From: Elusimicrobiaceae bacterium
GTDB lineage: Bacteria; Elusimicrobiota; Elusimicrobia; Elusimicrobiales; Elusimicrobiaceae
Direction: 5' to 3'
DNA: 64,000 bases
NCBI GenBank assembly: GCA_016282685.1
Contig: JAEELM010000040.1
Coordinates: forward strand, 1,267-65,266
Both the position numbers and the translations under genes were made by a program. A model generated the notes under the pieces. That model was not told the DNA's origin, did no database searches, and saw only the letters and a program-made list of their open reading frames with translations. This document shows positions 1 through 9,095 of this stretch, one piece after another; position 1 is the stretch's first letter; the number at the start of each line of letters is the position of its first letter.

Positions 1-1142
<1,142 letters not shown>

Positions 1143-1161
1143 AATTCTTCTCCTTCTTTAC

Positions 1162-1455
1162 TTACCCCAAAATACCTAAAATTTCGTCTTGATGGATGAT
1201 TAAATAAGTTTCGTCATTCAGTTTTACTTCCGTTCCAGAGTATTTACCATAGAGGACGCGGTCTCCTTTTTTGACTTCCATAGTAGAGCGTTCACCTTTA
1301 TCGGAGAGTTTTCCCGGCCCTACGGCAATTACTTCTCCTTCCATAGGTTTTTCTTTAGCGGTATCTGGAATGATAATTCCCCCCTTCATGGTTTCTCTTT
1401 CAATGGGCTTCACGATTACACGATCGCCCAACGGTTTAATTTTTACATCTGCCAT
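1162..1455 (-). CDS. groES: Co-chaperonin GroES
   Basis: [13 protein letters not shown]...[13 protein letters not shown]...[11 protein letters not shown]; start placed at ATG 1455 behind a GGAG RBS rather than at ORF-track 1506. Confidence 0.97.
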   Translation of the reverse strand: MADVKIKPLGDRVIVKPIERETMKGGIIIPDTAKEKPMEGEVIAVGPGKLSDKGERSTMEVKKGDRVLYGKYSGTEVKLNDETYLIIHQDEILGILG

Positions 1456-1499
1456 AATTCTCGCTCCTTGTAAAAATAATAAATTGCTTGGCTGTGATT

Positions 1500-1526
1500 T
1501 TAGCACTCGCTCAGGCTTAATGCTAA
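1500..1526 (-). promoter_or_regulatory. CIRCE operator (HrcA binding site)
   Basis: Minus strand TTAGCATTA-N9-GAGTGCTAA versus consensus TTAGCACTC-N9-GAGTGCTAA (16/18), directly upstream of groES. Confidence 0.9.
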
Positions 1527-1553
1527 TTTAGCATTTTGATTTAAAATTGTCAA
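1525..1553 (-). promoter_or_regulatory. sigma70-type promoter of groESL
   Basis: TTGACA (1553-1548), 17 nt, TAAATT (1530-1525) with a TG extension. Confidence 0.8.
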
Positions 1554-1573
1554 CCTTTTTATAAGAGTGCTAA
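1547..1573 (-). promoter_or_regulatory. Second, half-degenerate CIRCE overlapping the -35
   Basis: Minus strand TTAGCACTC-N9-GGTTGACAA: perfect left arm, right arm is replaced by the -35 box. Confidence 0.6.
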
Positions 1574-1614
1574 TTAAAAGCCCTATTTTCTTCTAGAAAA
1601 AAGGCTTTTTCATA

Positions 1615-2442
1615 TTATTTTGATAAAGAAAATAATTTCTTTAGACGTTGCTTAAGTGTCAATTTCTGTGGAGGCAGAATTCGGATGAGAACGGTGGATA
1701 TATTGTCTTGTCCATCCCGTTCGTTGGAAAGGCGGACCAATTGTTTGCATAATTTTACCAGGGGTGTAGATTCTCCTTCGCGTAAAATTTTAGCAATTTG
1801 AACATCACTTAATCCTTTGTATAATCCGTCGGAACAGAGTAACAAAGTATCACCTATTTGTACAGGGAATTTCAATAAATCAAATTCAATACTGCGTTTA
1901 ATACCCATAGCTCGTGTCAGAATGTTTTGTACACGTGAGTGGTTGGCTTCTTCTTTGGTTAACAGACCTTGGCGAACATGTTCCATGGCTAAGGAATGGT
2001 CTGTTGTAATTTGTACAAATTTATCATTGCGAAATAAATACAAGCGGGAATCCCCTACATGAACAGTGGTGGCATTTTCCTCATCAAAAATCACACCTGT
2101 TAGTGTAGTTCCCATCATCTTATACATGTCGGATGTTTGGGCCGTAGAATAAATTGCTTCGTTAGCCAAATTAGCAGCTAATAATAATTTGCGGGCCGTA
2201 GGGGTTAATCTAGGTAAAAATGTTTCGGGGACAGAAAGTTGCTTACGATTAATCTTTCGTATCGTTTCAGCTAATACGGAGACGGCGATATTGCTAGCAA
2301 TTTCTCCAGCGCTATGCCCTCCCATACCGTCTGCGACAATGCCTAAACTTAAGTCGGAAGAAATAAGAACATTGTCTTCATTTTTTTCGCGTATTTTTCC
2401 GATATCTGTTACAGCTGCAAATTCGATATCAAAATAGCTCAT
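1615..2442 (-). CDS. PP2C-family Ser/Thr protein phosphatase (Stp1/PrpC-like)
   Basis: TDIGKIREKNED, VADGMGGH, VHVGDSR, LLCSDGL and GQDN motifs; start ATG 2442 overlaps the kinase TGA (ATGA). Confidence 0.93.
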   Translation of the reverse strand: MSYFDIEFAAVTDIGKIREKNEDNVLISSDLSLGIVADGMGGHSAGEIASNIAVSVLAETIRKINRKQLSVPETFLPRLTPTARKLLLAANLANEAIYSTAQTSDMYKMMGTTLTGVIFDEENATTVHVGDSRLYLFRNDKFVQITTDHSLAMEHVRQGLLTKEEANHSRVQNILTRAMGIKRSIEFDLLKFPVQIGDTLLLCSDGLYKGLSDVQIAKILREGESTPLVKLCKQLVRLSNERDGQDNISTVLIRILPPQKLTLKQRLKKLFSLSK

Positions 2443-4784
2443 AAATTCTCTCCCATTACAATGGTTCCTATACAAGAAACTACTGCAAACAGGAACAAGA
2501 CGACTAGTAGCAATGTATATACATCATTGTTAACGGCATTTTCATTGAAATTGTCTATGGGTAAGCCCAACGCGTATAACCACACGTGATAGTTCATTTT
2601 GGCTGCACCACCCTTATAGTAGTCTCTTAAAAATCGCGAGTAGATCGGCAAAATTTCTTCATTAAATGTATCTTCACCGGCTATACGTAGAATTTGGCGT
2701 TCAATATAAACAATAGATTCATCTTGTTTCATGGTACTAACTTCGTTCGATTGATTAATAGCAGAGGAAAAAACTTCTCGTTTAGAATCTATACCTGCTG
2801 TCTTCTCTATTTCTTTATTTTCCTTACTTTCCTTGCTGAGTACAGAATTTTTTACTTGAATTTTTTGGGTCAATGTTTCCAGGGTAACAATTGTGTTTTC
2901 ATGTAACCCCGATATACCATACACCCATAAACAACCCACCCCCATAAACAGCAACATCATGGGCATAAAAGCGCTGTCACGTTGCGTGGGAGAAATTAAG
3001 TAATAGGCAGCCAACAACCCCGCCAATATGGCCAGATACGGTAACATCATAAAAGAATATTCAGAAGAAGGTGCAATAGTCAGGTGCGTAGAGAGATAAG
3101 TCAGCACGAGAACAGCTGCACAAAGAGATACGCCCAATATCCCTTGCCCAATAGAGCGCTTCAAGGTAAAGCACAAGGTAAGTGATCCTAATAAGGCAAT
3201 CAGTAAATAAGCTAAATTATACTCGGGAGAAAAAAGGAATTGCCCCAAGAATTGTGCATGCCAAAATGGGAGGTTCGGTGCAAATAATCCCGCTAGAAAA
3301 GCCGTTACAATAGTGAAAAGTAAGAATATGGTTGAACGACCGTAAGCTTTTGCTGAAGCCAATGTAAAAGATAAAATAACAGCAAGTATCGATAAAGCCA
3401 TCCAAGTAAACTGCCCTGGAGCATAAGGCGTACTCAAGACAGCATTTACTAAATTTTCGACAAAGCTTTCATGAGGAACAACGTGGATAGATGCGGTTTT
3501 GCCCCACATATAAGCAATATATCCCATAGCTACAATGATAACAGCCAAAAGAGAGGGAAGGAGGGATATCTTTAATAGAAAATGAATCGTTTTATCTGCT
3601 ATTTTTTTCGCTTTATATATGTTAGGAGTAATACGAGATTGATAAACATCAATCTTTTTCGCCTGATCTGTACTTTGCATGTTTAAGGGCTTGTTGGCTT
3701 CAACATGGTCTTGTCTTAATTCTTTTTTTGGTTCCGGTGCCATGGCCCCCGGCAAGACAACGGGCAGATCCGATGAGTTAACTACCGCAGGCTTCGAATT
3801 CATTTCTTTTTCCAAAGCACGTTGCTGTTGTAAGACTGTGGTGGTTTGAAACTTTTCTTCTTGTACCAAACGCAACGGTTGTTCTTCTGCTAAGTTTACA
3901 ATGCGCCCGGTGCTGCTTTCTTCCATTTTAAGTTGTTCTTCTGCCCGCATACGTTGAAAAAACAAGTAGGCTTCTTTTGCAGTTTGAAAGCGCGCTTCGG
4001 GGGTTTTAGCCATTAATTTCTGTACGGCACGGGAAAGCCATACGGGTAAATCGTGTCGAATGGCAGCAGGATCGGGGATAGGGTCATTAATGTGCTTTTG
4101 AATGATATCAATGGTATTTTTGCCGCGATATGGGAATTGACCTGTGAGTACATAATACAAGCTGGCGCCAACGGAGTACAAATCTACGCGGGTATCCAAA
4201 TCTCTCCCCAAAGCTTGTTCTGGTGCGATAAAGTAGGCAGTACCAGCTAACTCAGTTGTTTTGGTGGTAGTTTTGTCTTTCTCCATTTTTTTGGCAATGC
4301 CGAAATCTACGATTTTAGCCTGCCCTTCTTTGGTAACCAAAATATTGGAAGGTTTGATATCACGGTGGATAATCCCCTTATTGTGAGCGGCATCCAATCC
4401 TAATAATACTCCTTCAAAGAGTTCTAAAATTTGGCTTAATGGTAAGACTTTTTTCTTTTTAATGATTTGGGAAAGGGTTTCTCCCTCAATAAAGGACATG
4501 ACAATGAAATAATACCCTTGTTCGCGGCCGACGTTGTATACATTTACGATATTGGGATGGTCTATTTCGGCGATGGCTCGAGCTTCAGTGAGAAAAAGTT
4601 CAACGGCTTTTTTGTCATTGGCGAGAGACGGACTTAAGATTTTTACACATACGATACGGTTTAATGCTTTGTGACGCGCTTTATAAACCGCTCCCATTCC
4701 CCCTTCTGCTACCTTCTGCAAAATGACACAACCTGAAATTTCTTTTCCGACTAAAGAAGTGTTATCGCTCATAGTCATTCCCAT
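2439..4784 (-). CDS. Hanks-type Ser/Thr protein kinase with polytopic membrane C-terminus
   Basis: GGMGAVY, VCVK, HRDIKPSN, DFG, APE, DLYSVG motifs, then about 8 hydrophobic segments. Confidence 0.93.
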   Translation of the reverse strand: MGMTMSDNTSLVGKEISGCVILQKVAEGGMGAVYKARHKALNRIVCVKILSPSLANDKKAVELFLTEARAIAEIDHPNIVNVYNVGREQGYYFIVMSFIEGETLSQIIKKKKVLPLSQILELFEGVLLGLDAAHNKGIIHRDIKPSNILVTKEGQAKIVDFGIAKKMEKDKTTTKTTELAGTAYFIAPEQALGRDLDTRVDLYSVGASLYYVLTGQFPYRGKNTIDIIQKHINDPIPDPAAIRHDLPVWLSRAVQKLMAKTPEARFQTAKEAYLFFQRMRAEEQLKMEESSTGRIVNLAEEQPLRLVQEEKFQTTTVLQQQRALEKEMNSKPAVVNSSDLPVVLPGAMAPEPKKELRQDHVEANKPLNMQSTDQAKKIDVYQSRITPNIYKAKKIADKTIHFLLKISLLPSLLAVIIVAMGYIAYMWGKTASIHVVPHESFVENLVNAVLSTPYAPGQFTWMALSILAVILSFTLASAKAYGRSTIFLLFTIVTAFLAGLFAPNLPFWHAQFLGQFLFSPEYNLAYLLIALLGSLTLCFTLKRSIGQGILGVSLCAAVLVLTYLSTHLTIAPSSEYSFMMLPYLAILAGLLAAYYLISPTQRDSAFMPMMLLFMGVGCLWVYGISGLHENTIVTLETLTQKIQVKNSVLSKESKENKEIEKTAGIDSKREVFSSAINQSNEVSTMKQDESIVYIERQILRIAGEDTFNEEILPIYSRFLRDYYKGGAAKMNYHVWLYALGLPIDNFNENAVNNDVYTLLLVVLFLFAVVSCIGTIVMGENL

Positions 4785-4883
4785 TTAATGTAGTAAAAAA
4801 CTTGATTTTCTTGCATTCAAGCTTTACAATATACTAAAGGTATCTTATCATATTTTATGTGATTTCGTACAGGGGAGGTAATT

Positions 4884-5345
4884 ATGCTGGAAAGCAGCTT
4901 TACATTACTAAGGGATATAGGAGAAATCATTTTAAAAGAAGATGAAAGTATTCGGTTTTCCATTGATGCTTACCATGGGTATCGGTATGTGTCTGTGCGT
5001 CGCTATTTAAAAACGAATGCTTTTGCCGGGGCCACGCGGGATGGAATTACAATGACCCCTGAAATTGTGCAGGCATTAGCGCCCAAAATACTGTCATTAC
5101 CTGACAACGAAACGGAACTAAAGGAAGGCATTTTTGGAAAATTTGCCAAACGTGCCGGTATTTGTATCGTATCTTCCATTGCTTCCTTTCATGGCACACG
5201 AGGATTGGATTTACGTCAATGGGAAGAAGATAAAGGGTTTACCAAAAAAGGAATATGGATTCCTTTAGATAAATTGCCAGAGGTAAAAAGATTATTCCAA
5301 CTGACGTTGGATGCATTGAACGAACAGCCGGATATTGACTTCTAA
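4884..5345 (+). CDS. Tandem PC4/YdbC-like putative ssDNA-binding protein
   Basis: Two repeats resembling the PC4 signature: YHGYRYVSVRRY...TRDGITM and FHGTRGLDLRQW...TKKGIWI. Confidence 0.65.
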   Translation: MLESSFTLLRDIGEIILKEDESIRFSIDAYHGYRYVSVRRYLKTNAFAGATRDGITMTPEIVQALAPKILSLPDNETELKEGIFGKFAKRAGICIVSSIASFHGTRGLDLRQWEEDKGFTKKGIWIPLDKLPEVKRLFQLTLDALNEQPDIDF

Positions 5346-5360
5346 TTACGATTCTTATGT

Positions 5361-5392
5361 AAAACTCCCCGGAATTATATCCGGGGAGTTTT
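5361..5392. terminator. Bidirectional intrinsic terminator
   Basis: AAAACTCCCCGGA-attata-TCCGGGGAGTTTT between convergent genes. Confidence 0.85.
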
Positions 5393-5439
5393 ATTTTAAT
5401 TAATCTGTTTCAATTGCATTATATAAGAAACGAAGGGAT

Positions 5440-6975
5440 TTATTTTTTTGTTTCAACTCCCCTTAACATTTGTTTTGCATTCATAAATACTTCTTCTACA
5501 GTAATGTTACGCATGCATTTAAAATGTCCCAATGGACATTTTCTTCCGCCATGTAATGCACAGGGACGGCAAGGTAAGTCTTTTACTTCTACGACGCGGT
5601 GCCCTTCTCCATATGGAAAAAATCCTAATTCGCGAGTAGTTGGCCCGAAAATAGCTAAAGTAGGAACTTTGAAAGCCGTGGCAATGTGCATCGGACCAGA
5701 ATCGTTTGTGATGAATAATTTGAAATGTCCCATTAGGGCCATTAAATCGGCCAAGCTGGTTTTACCACACAAACTAGCAGCATGGCCTTTGGATAATTGG
5801 CAAATTTTTTCACCCAAATCGGTATCTTTTTGTCCGCCGCCTACCAATACGGCTTGTACCCCCAACTCTTCTTGCAGGCGACTGATTAATTCTACGTAGT
5901 ATTCCATTGGCCAACATTTGGTGGGCCAGGCACTGCCAGGGTGAATACCAACCAGCGTTTTCCCCTTTAAGTTAAAATCGGTCATTAGCCGTTCTACGTT
6001 TTCTTCAGCAGATGCACTGTAATCCATTTGTAACTTCTCGGCGGTGAACTGTTCTTTTACAATTCCCTGTAATAGAGATAAATTGCGTTCTGCATCATGA
6101 ATCATCCAATTAAAAGGAACAGTTTTTGTGTAAAAGAATCGGCCTTCGCTGGAAGTAAACCCAATACGTACTTTTACCCCTGAAAGCCAAGCAATGAGTG
6201 CACTTCTAAAGCTGCGATGGGGCACTAATAAAATATCAATGTTAGATTTTTTAATAGCCTGAGCTGTTTTCCATACGCCGGCGATTTTATTCCAACCGCG
6301 TTTATCGTTTAAGATGATTTCCGATACATCTTTCAAAGGACTGAAAATATCTTTGGTTTGCGGGCGGGTAATAACTACAATTTTTGCTTCCGGGAAAAGC
6401 TTTGCCGTTTTATGAATTAGCGGGGTAGTAAGAACGCTATCTCCGATATAGGAAGTTTGGAAAATGCCAATTTTGTTTACTTTCTTTCCCAAATTGGCAT
6501 TTTTATATGCCCAATCCCCTAATTTAGGTTCTTTATAAATTATAGGGATGTCCCAGGCTTTTAGTGCTTCTAAATATTTATCTAACGTGTGGCGTTCTAA
6601 AACAGGTGAAGTCTTGTGGAAACGCACCAATATACGTCGAGCTAAGGCGTTTTTTTCATAACGTACACGATTAGGAATTTTGCTAAAAAAGCCCATTACA
6701 ATAGTTTTGAATGTAGCATGCAAATCTAAGTAATGCGTGTAATGCCCGGCACGGATTTGACGTATGTTTGCCAGGATGCCTTGTTTGGCAACGAGGATCT
6801 CATCAATATCCGGATGTCCGGCCAAAACATGTTTAAAAGCGGGTTTTACCATTAATGTAATGTGTGCCTGAGGCCATTGGGCCTTTATATTTTTATAAAC
6901 AGGAGAAGAAAGTACAATATCTCCCAAAGAAGATAAACGTACTACTAAAATTTTAGGCGTTTGGTTGTTCGTCAT
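5440..6975 (-). CDS. GT9 LPS heptosyltransferase (WaaF-like) with an extra N-terminal GT9 half-domain
   Basis: Two acceptor-domain starts (KILVVRLSSLGDIV and KIGIFQTSYIGDSV) and one C-terminal donor domain (HPGSAWPTKCW, ITNDSGPMHIA). Confidence 0.85.
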   Translation of the reverse strand: MTNNQTPKILVVRLSSLGDIVLSSPVYKNIKAQWPQAHITLMVKPAFKHVLAGHPDIDEILVAKQGILANIRQIRAGHYTHYLDLHATFKTIVMGFFSKIPNRVRYEKNALARRILVRFHKTSPVLERHTLDKYLEALKAWDIPIIYKEPKLGDWAYKNANLGKKVNKIGIFQTSYIGDSVLTTPLIHKTAKLFPEAKIVVITRPQTKDIFSPLKDVSEIILNDKRGWNKIAGVWKTAQAIKKSNIDILLVPHRSFRSALIAWLSGVKVRIGFTSSEGRFFYTKTVPFNWMIHDAERNLSLLQGIVKEQFTAEKLQMDYSASAEENVERLMTDFNLKGKTLVGIHPGSAWPTKCWPMEYYVELISRLQEELGVQAVLVGGGQKDTDLGEKICQLSKGHAASLCGKTSLADLMALMGHFKLFITNDSGPMHIATAFKVPTLAIFGPTTRELGFFPYGEGHRVVEVKDLPCRPCALHGGRKCPLGHFKCMRNITVEEVFMNAKQMLRGVETKK

Positions 6976-8233
6976 GTGTAATCACTTCCATAATATGATT
7001 TGTAGCACCCTTAAAACTAAGTGCTGTAGCCCGTGCTTTAGAAGCCATATTTTCCCGTTGAGGAGCATCGGCCAACAAATTCAACACTTTTGTTTTGAAA
7101 TTGGTTTCATTGACCAAAATGCCCCCGCCCCGTTCTAGCAAAGCTTGGGCCGTTAACGGCGTATTGTAGAAATATTTACCGAATAGAACCGTTTTTGTTA
7201 ACATAGCAGGTTCCAGTAAATTGTGTGCACCTCGCGGAACAATAGATCCGCCCACAAAAGCAAGCGAGGAACAAGCATAAGCTGATTGTAACATGCCCAT
7301 GGTGTCCAAGCAAAGAATATCTACAGATGCAGGGAAATCTTTTTGGCTGGCAAAAGCATAATGCAGTTTGCTTTGGCGAAGCATGTTTTCTATCTCTGCT
7401 TTACGTTCCAGATGACGTGGCGCAAAAATAATTTTAGTTCCTGTTTTTATGATATCAGGGGCCGAACGCAGCAAAACTACTTCCTCTTGTGGATGCGTAC
7501 TGCCCGCTACGAAAACTGGTTTTCCCCCCCAATGGAGGTTCGTAAGCAACTGCTGTATTTCACTGAGCTTGGAAGGGGTATCAGACAGTGAATCATATTT
7601 TACGTTTCCACACATCTTTAAGTGTTCGGGTTGCATGCCTAGACGTTGATAACGTGCGCAGTCTTCCTCTGTTTGTAGTGCAGCAAAATGTAAGTGAGAT
7701 AAAATTCGCTTAAAAAGAGGTTTTATCAGTAAATAAGCGTAAGTAGACTTTTGTGAGATACGCCCGTTTACTAAAGAGGTTGGAATGTTCGCCTGATAGG
7801 CTGCTTCTATCATGTTAGGCCAAAGTTCTCTCTCAACGATAAACAAACGATAGGGATGTGCTTTTCGGATAAAACGGCGACAGAAAGGATAAAAATCAAG
7901 AGGAGCAAGGACGGCTTTGGCAATATTCGGATTTTTTTGGGCAGTTTCTTTACCCGCCTGCGTGGAAGTGGAAACTAAAATATCACGTTGATAAAATGAC
8001 TTTAAGCGGGAAATAAGTTCCTGCATGGCGGTTACTTCCCCTACGCTGGCGCAATGCACCCAAATTGCATTTTGCGGAAGACTTTCCGAAGGTTCGTGAG
8101 CAAAGCGTTCCCTAAGTTCAGCCCGCAGATTTTTAAGGATTCTTCTACGAGGAGAAAATAAAAAACCGCCCACCACTCCCAGCGCTGCAATCGGGAAAGC
8201 CAAATTGGTAAGTACTAATAAAAAGATTCCCAT
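6953..8233 (-). CDS. waaA: 3-deoxy-D-manno-octulosonic acid (Kdo) transferase
   Basis: IWVHCASVGE, VERELWPN, LVNGRIS, GNVKYD, AGSTH, FAPRHLER, GAHNLLEPA motifs. Confidence 0.93.
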   Translation of the reverse strand: MGIFLLVLTNLAFPIAALGVVGGFLFSPRRRILKNLRAELRERFAHEPSESLPQNAIWVHCASVGEVTAMQELISRLKSFYQRDILVSTSTQAGKETAQKNPNIAKAVLAPLDFYPFCRRFIRKAHPYRLFIVERELWPNMIEAAYQANIPTSLVNGRISQKSTYAYLLIKPLFKRILSHLHFAALQTEEDCARYQRLGMQPEHLKMCGNVKYDSLSDTPSKLSEIQQLLTNLHWGGKPVFVAGSTHPQEEVVLLRSAPDIIKTGTKIIFAPRHLERKAEIENMLRQSKLHYAFASQKDFPASVDILCLDTMGMLQSAYACSSLAFVGGSIVPRGAHNLLEPAMLTKTVLFGKYFYNTPLTAQALLERGGGILVNETNFKTKVLNLLADAPQRENMASKARATALSFKGATNHIMEVITHDEQPNA

Positions 8234-8352
8234 ACACTACTATTATAGGATATTTCGTTTCGCTTCGTTCCGGAATTTTATGAAAAGACTTGTTTTTTTA
8301 AGATATTTTAGTTATACTTAAGTTGTGAATATCCTATACTAGCGAGGGCTTT

Positions 8353-8994
8353 ATGAAAAAAAGTATTTTATCTGCAATGTTGTTATTGACCGGCCTGGTT
8401 GTTAGTGCCGCCGAATTAACATTTGTTACAACGATCGGGGCACCAGTGGGTGTATTTTCCGATGTAACATCTTCCGAAAAAGGTTATGTTAATCAACTGA
8501 ATTTTTTGACGATTAAAAATGGTGCGCAAGGTGGCACCATTGCGTTGAAGGGTAAAGAAGGAGAAGATAATATTTATGCCAAATTGGGGCAAATCTATTT
8601 GTCCGGGGCGGAGACGGCAAAGCTCCATTCAGACGATATTACCGCGTGGAATTCTCAAGGAGAGGTGTGGATACGACGTGGTGACATTGATGTGGAAGTT
8701 AAAAATTTGGACACTGACAAAATACGCTTTTGTGAGCCTAAAACGACAGGAGGATCTTCGTGTGTGGCGCAGAACGCTACATTGGGAATAGGAACATTCG
8801 TTGTAGATGATAACTCTACAGTAGGACCGGCTGCTTTTAGCGAAATCAAAAAAAGCAATGATGAAACGTGGTTCCCTAAAGATGAAAACGGGAAGGGCCC
8901 GGATAGCGGCGCAACAGGAACGTGGGAACAGGCAAAAAAATTTGATACCAGTCAGAATGGAAAAATTTGGGTTTTGCAAGCTAAGCAAATTTAG
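8353..8994 (+). CDS. Hypothetical exported protein
   Basis: Signal-peptide-like N-terminus, GAGG RBS, own promoter (TTGTTT 8290-8295, 17 nt, TATACT 8313-8318) and terminator. Confidence 0.8.
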   Translation: MKKSILSAMLLLTGLVVSAAELTFVTTIGAPVGVFSDVTSSEKGYVNQLNFLTIKNGAQGGTIALKGKEGEDNIYAKLGQIYLSGAETAKLHSDDITAWNSQGEVWIRRGDIDVEVKNLDTDKIRFCEPKTTGGSSCVAQNATLGIGTFVVDDNSTVGPAAFSEIKKSNDETWFPKDENGKGPDSGATGTWEQAKKFDTSQNGKIWVLQAKQI

Positions 8995-9004
8995 TTGGCT
9001 TTTT

Positions 9005-9029
9005 AGCCCCTCGAAAGAGGGGCTTTTTT
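9005..9029. terminator. Intrinsic terminator (GAAA loop)
   Basis: AGCCCCTC-gaaa-GAGGGGCT followed by a T run. Confidence 0.85.
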
Positions 9030-9095
9030 ATGGATAAATCTGGGCAAGAACCCGGAGTTTTTTAATTATAATCAAATCAAGATTTTATGGTAAGA

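Noticed and set aside
5414-5899. 161-aa plus-strand ORF and similar short antisense ORFs (e.g. 24663-25157, 27089-27484, 50620-51102)
   Set aside because: Fully overlap well-supported genes on the opposite strand; typical shadow ORFs.
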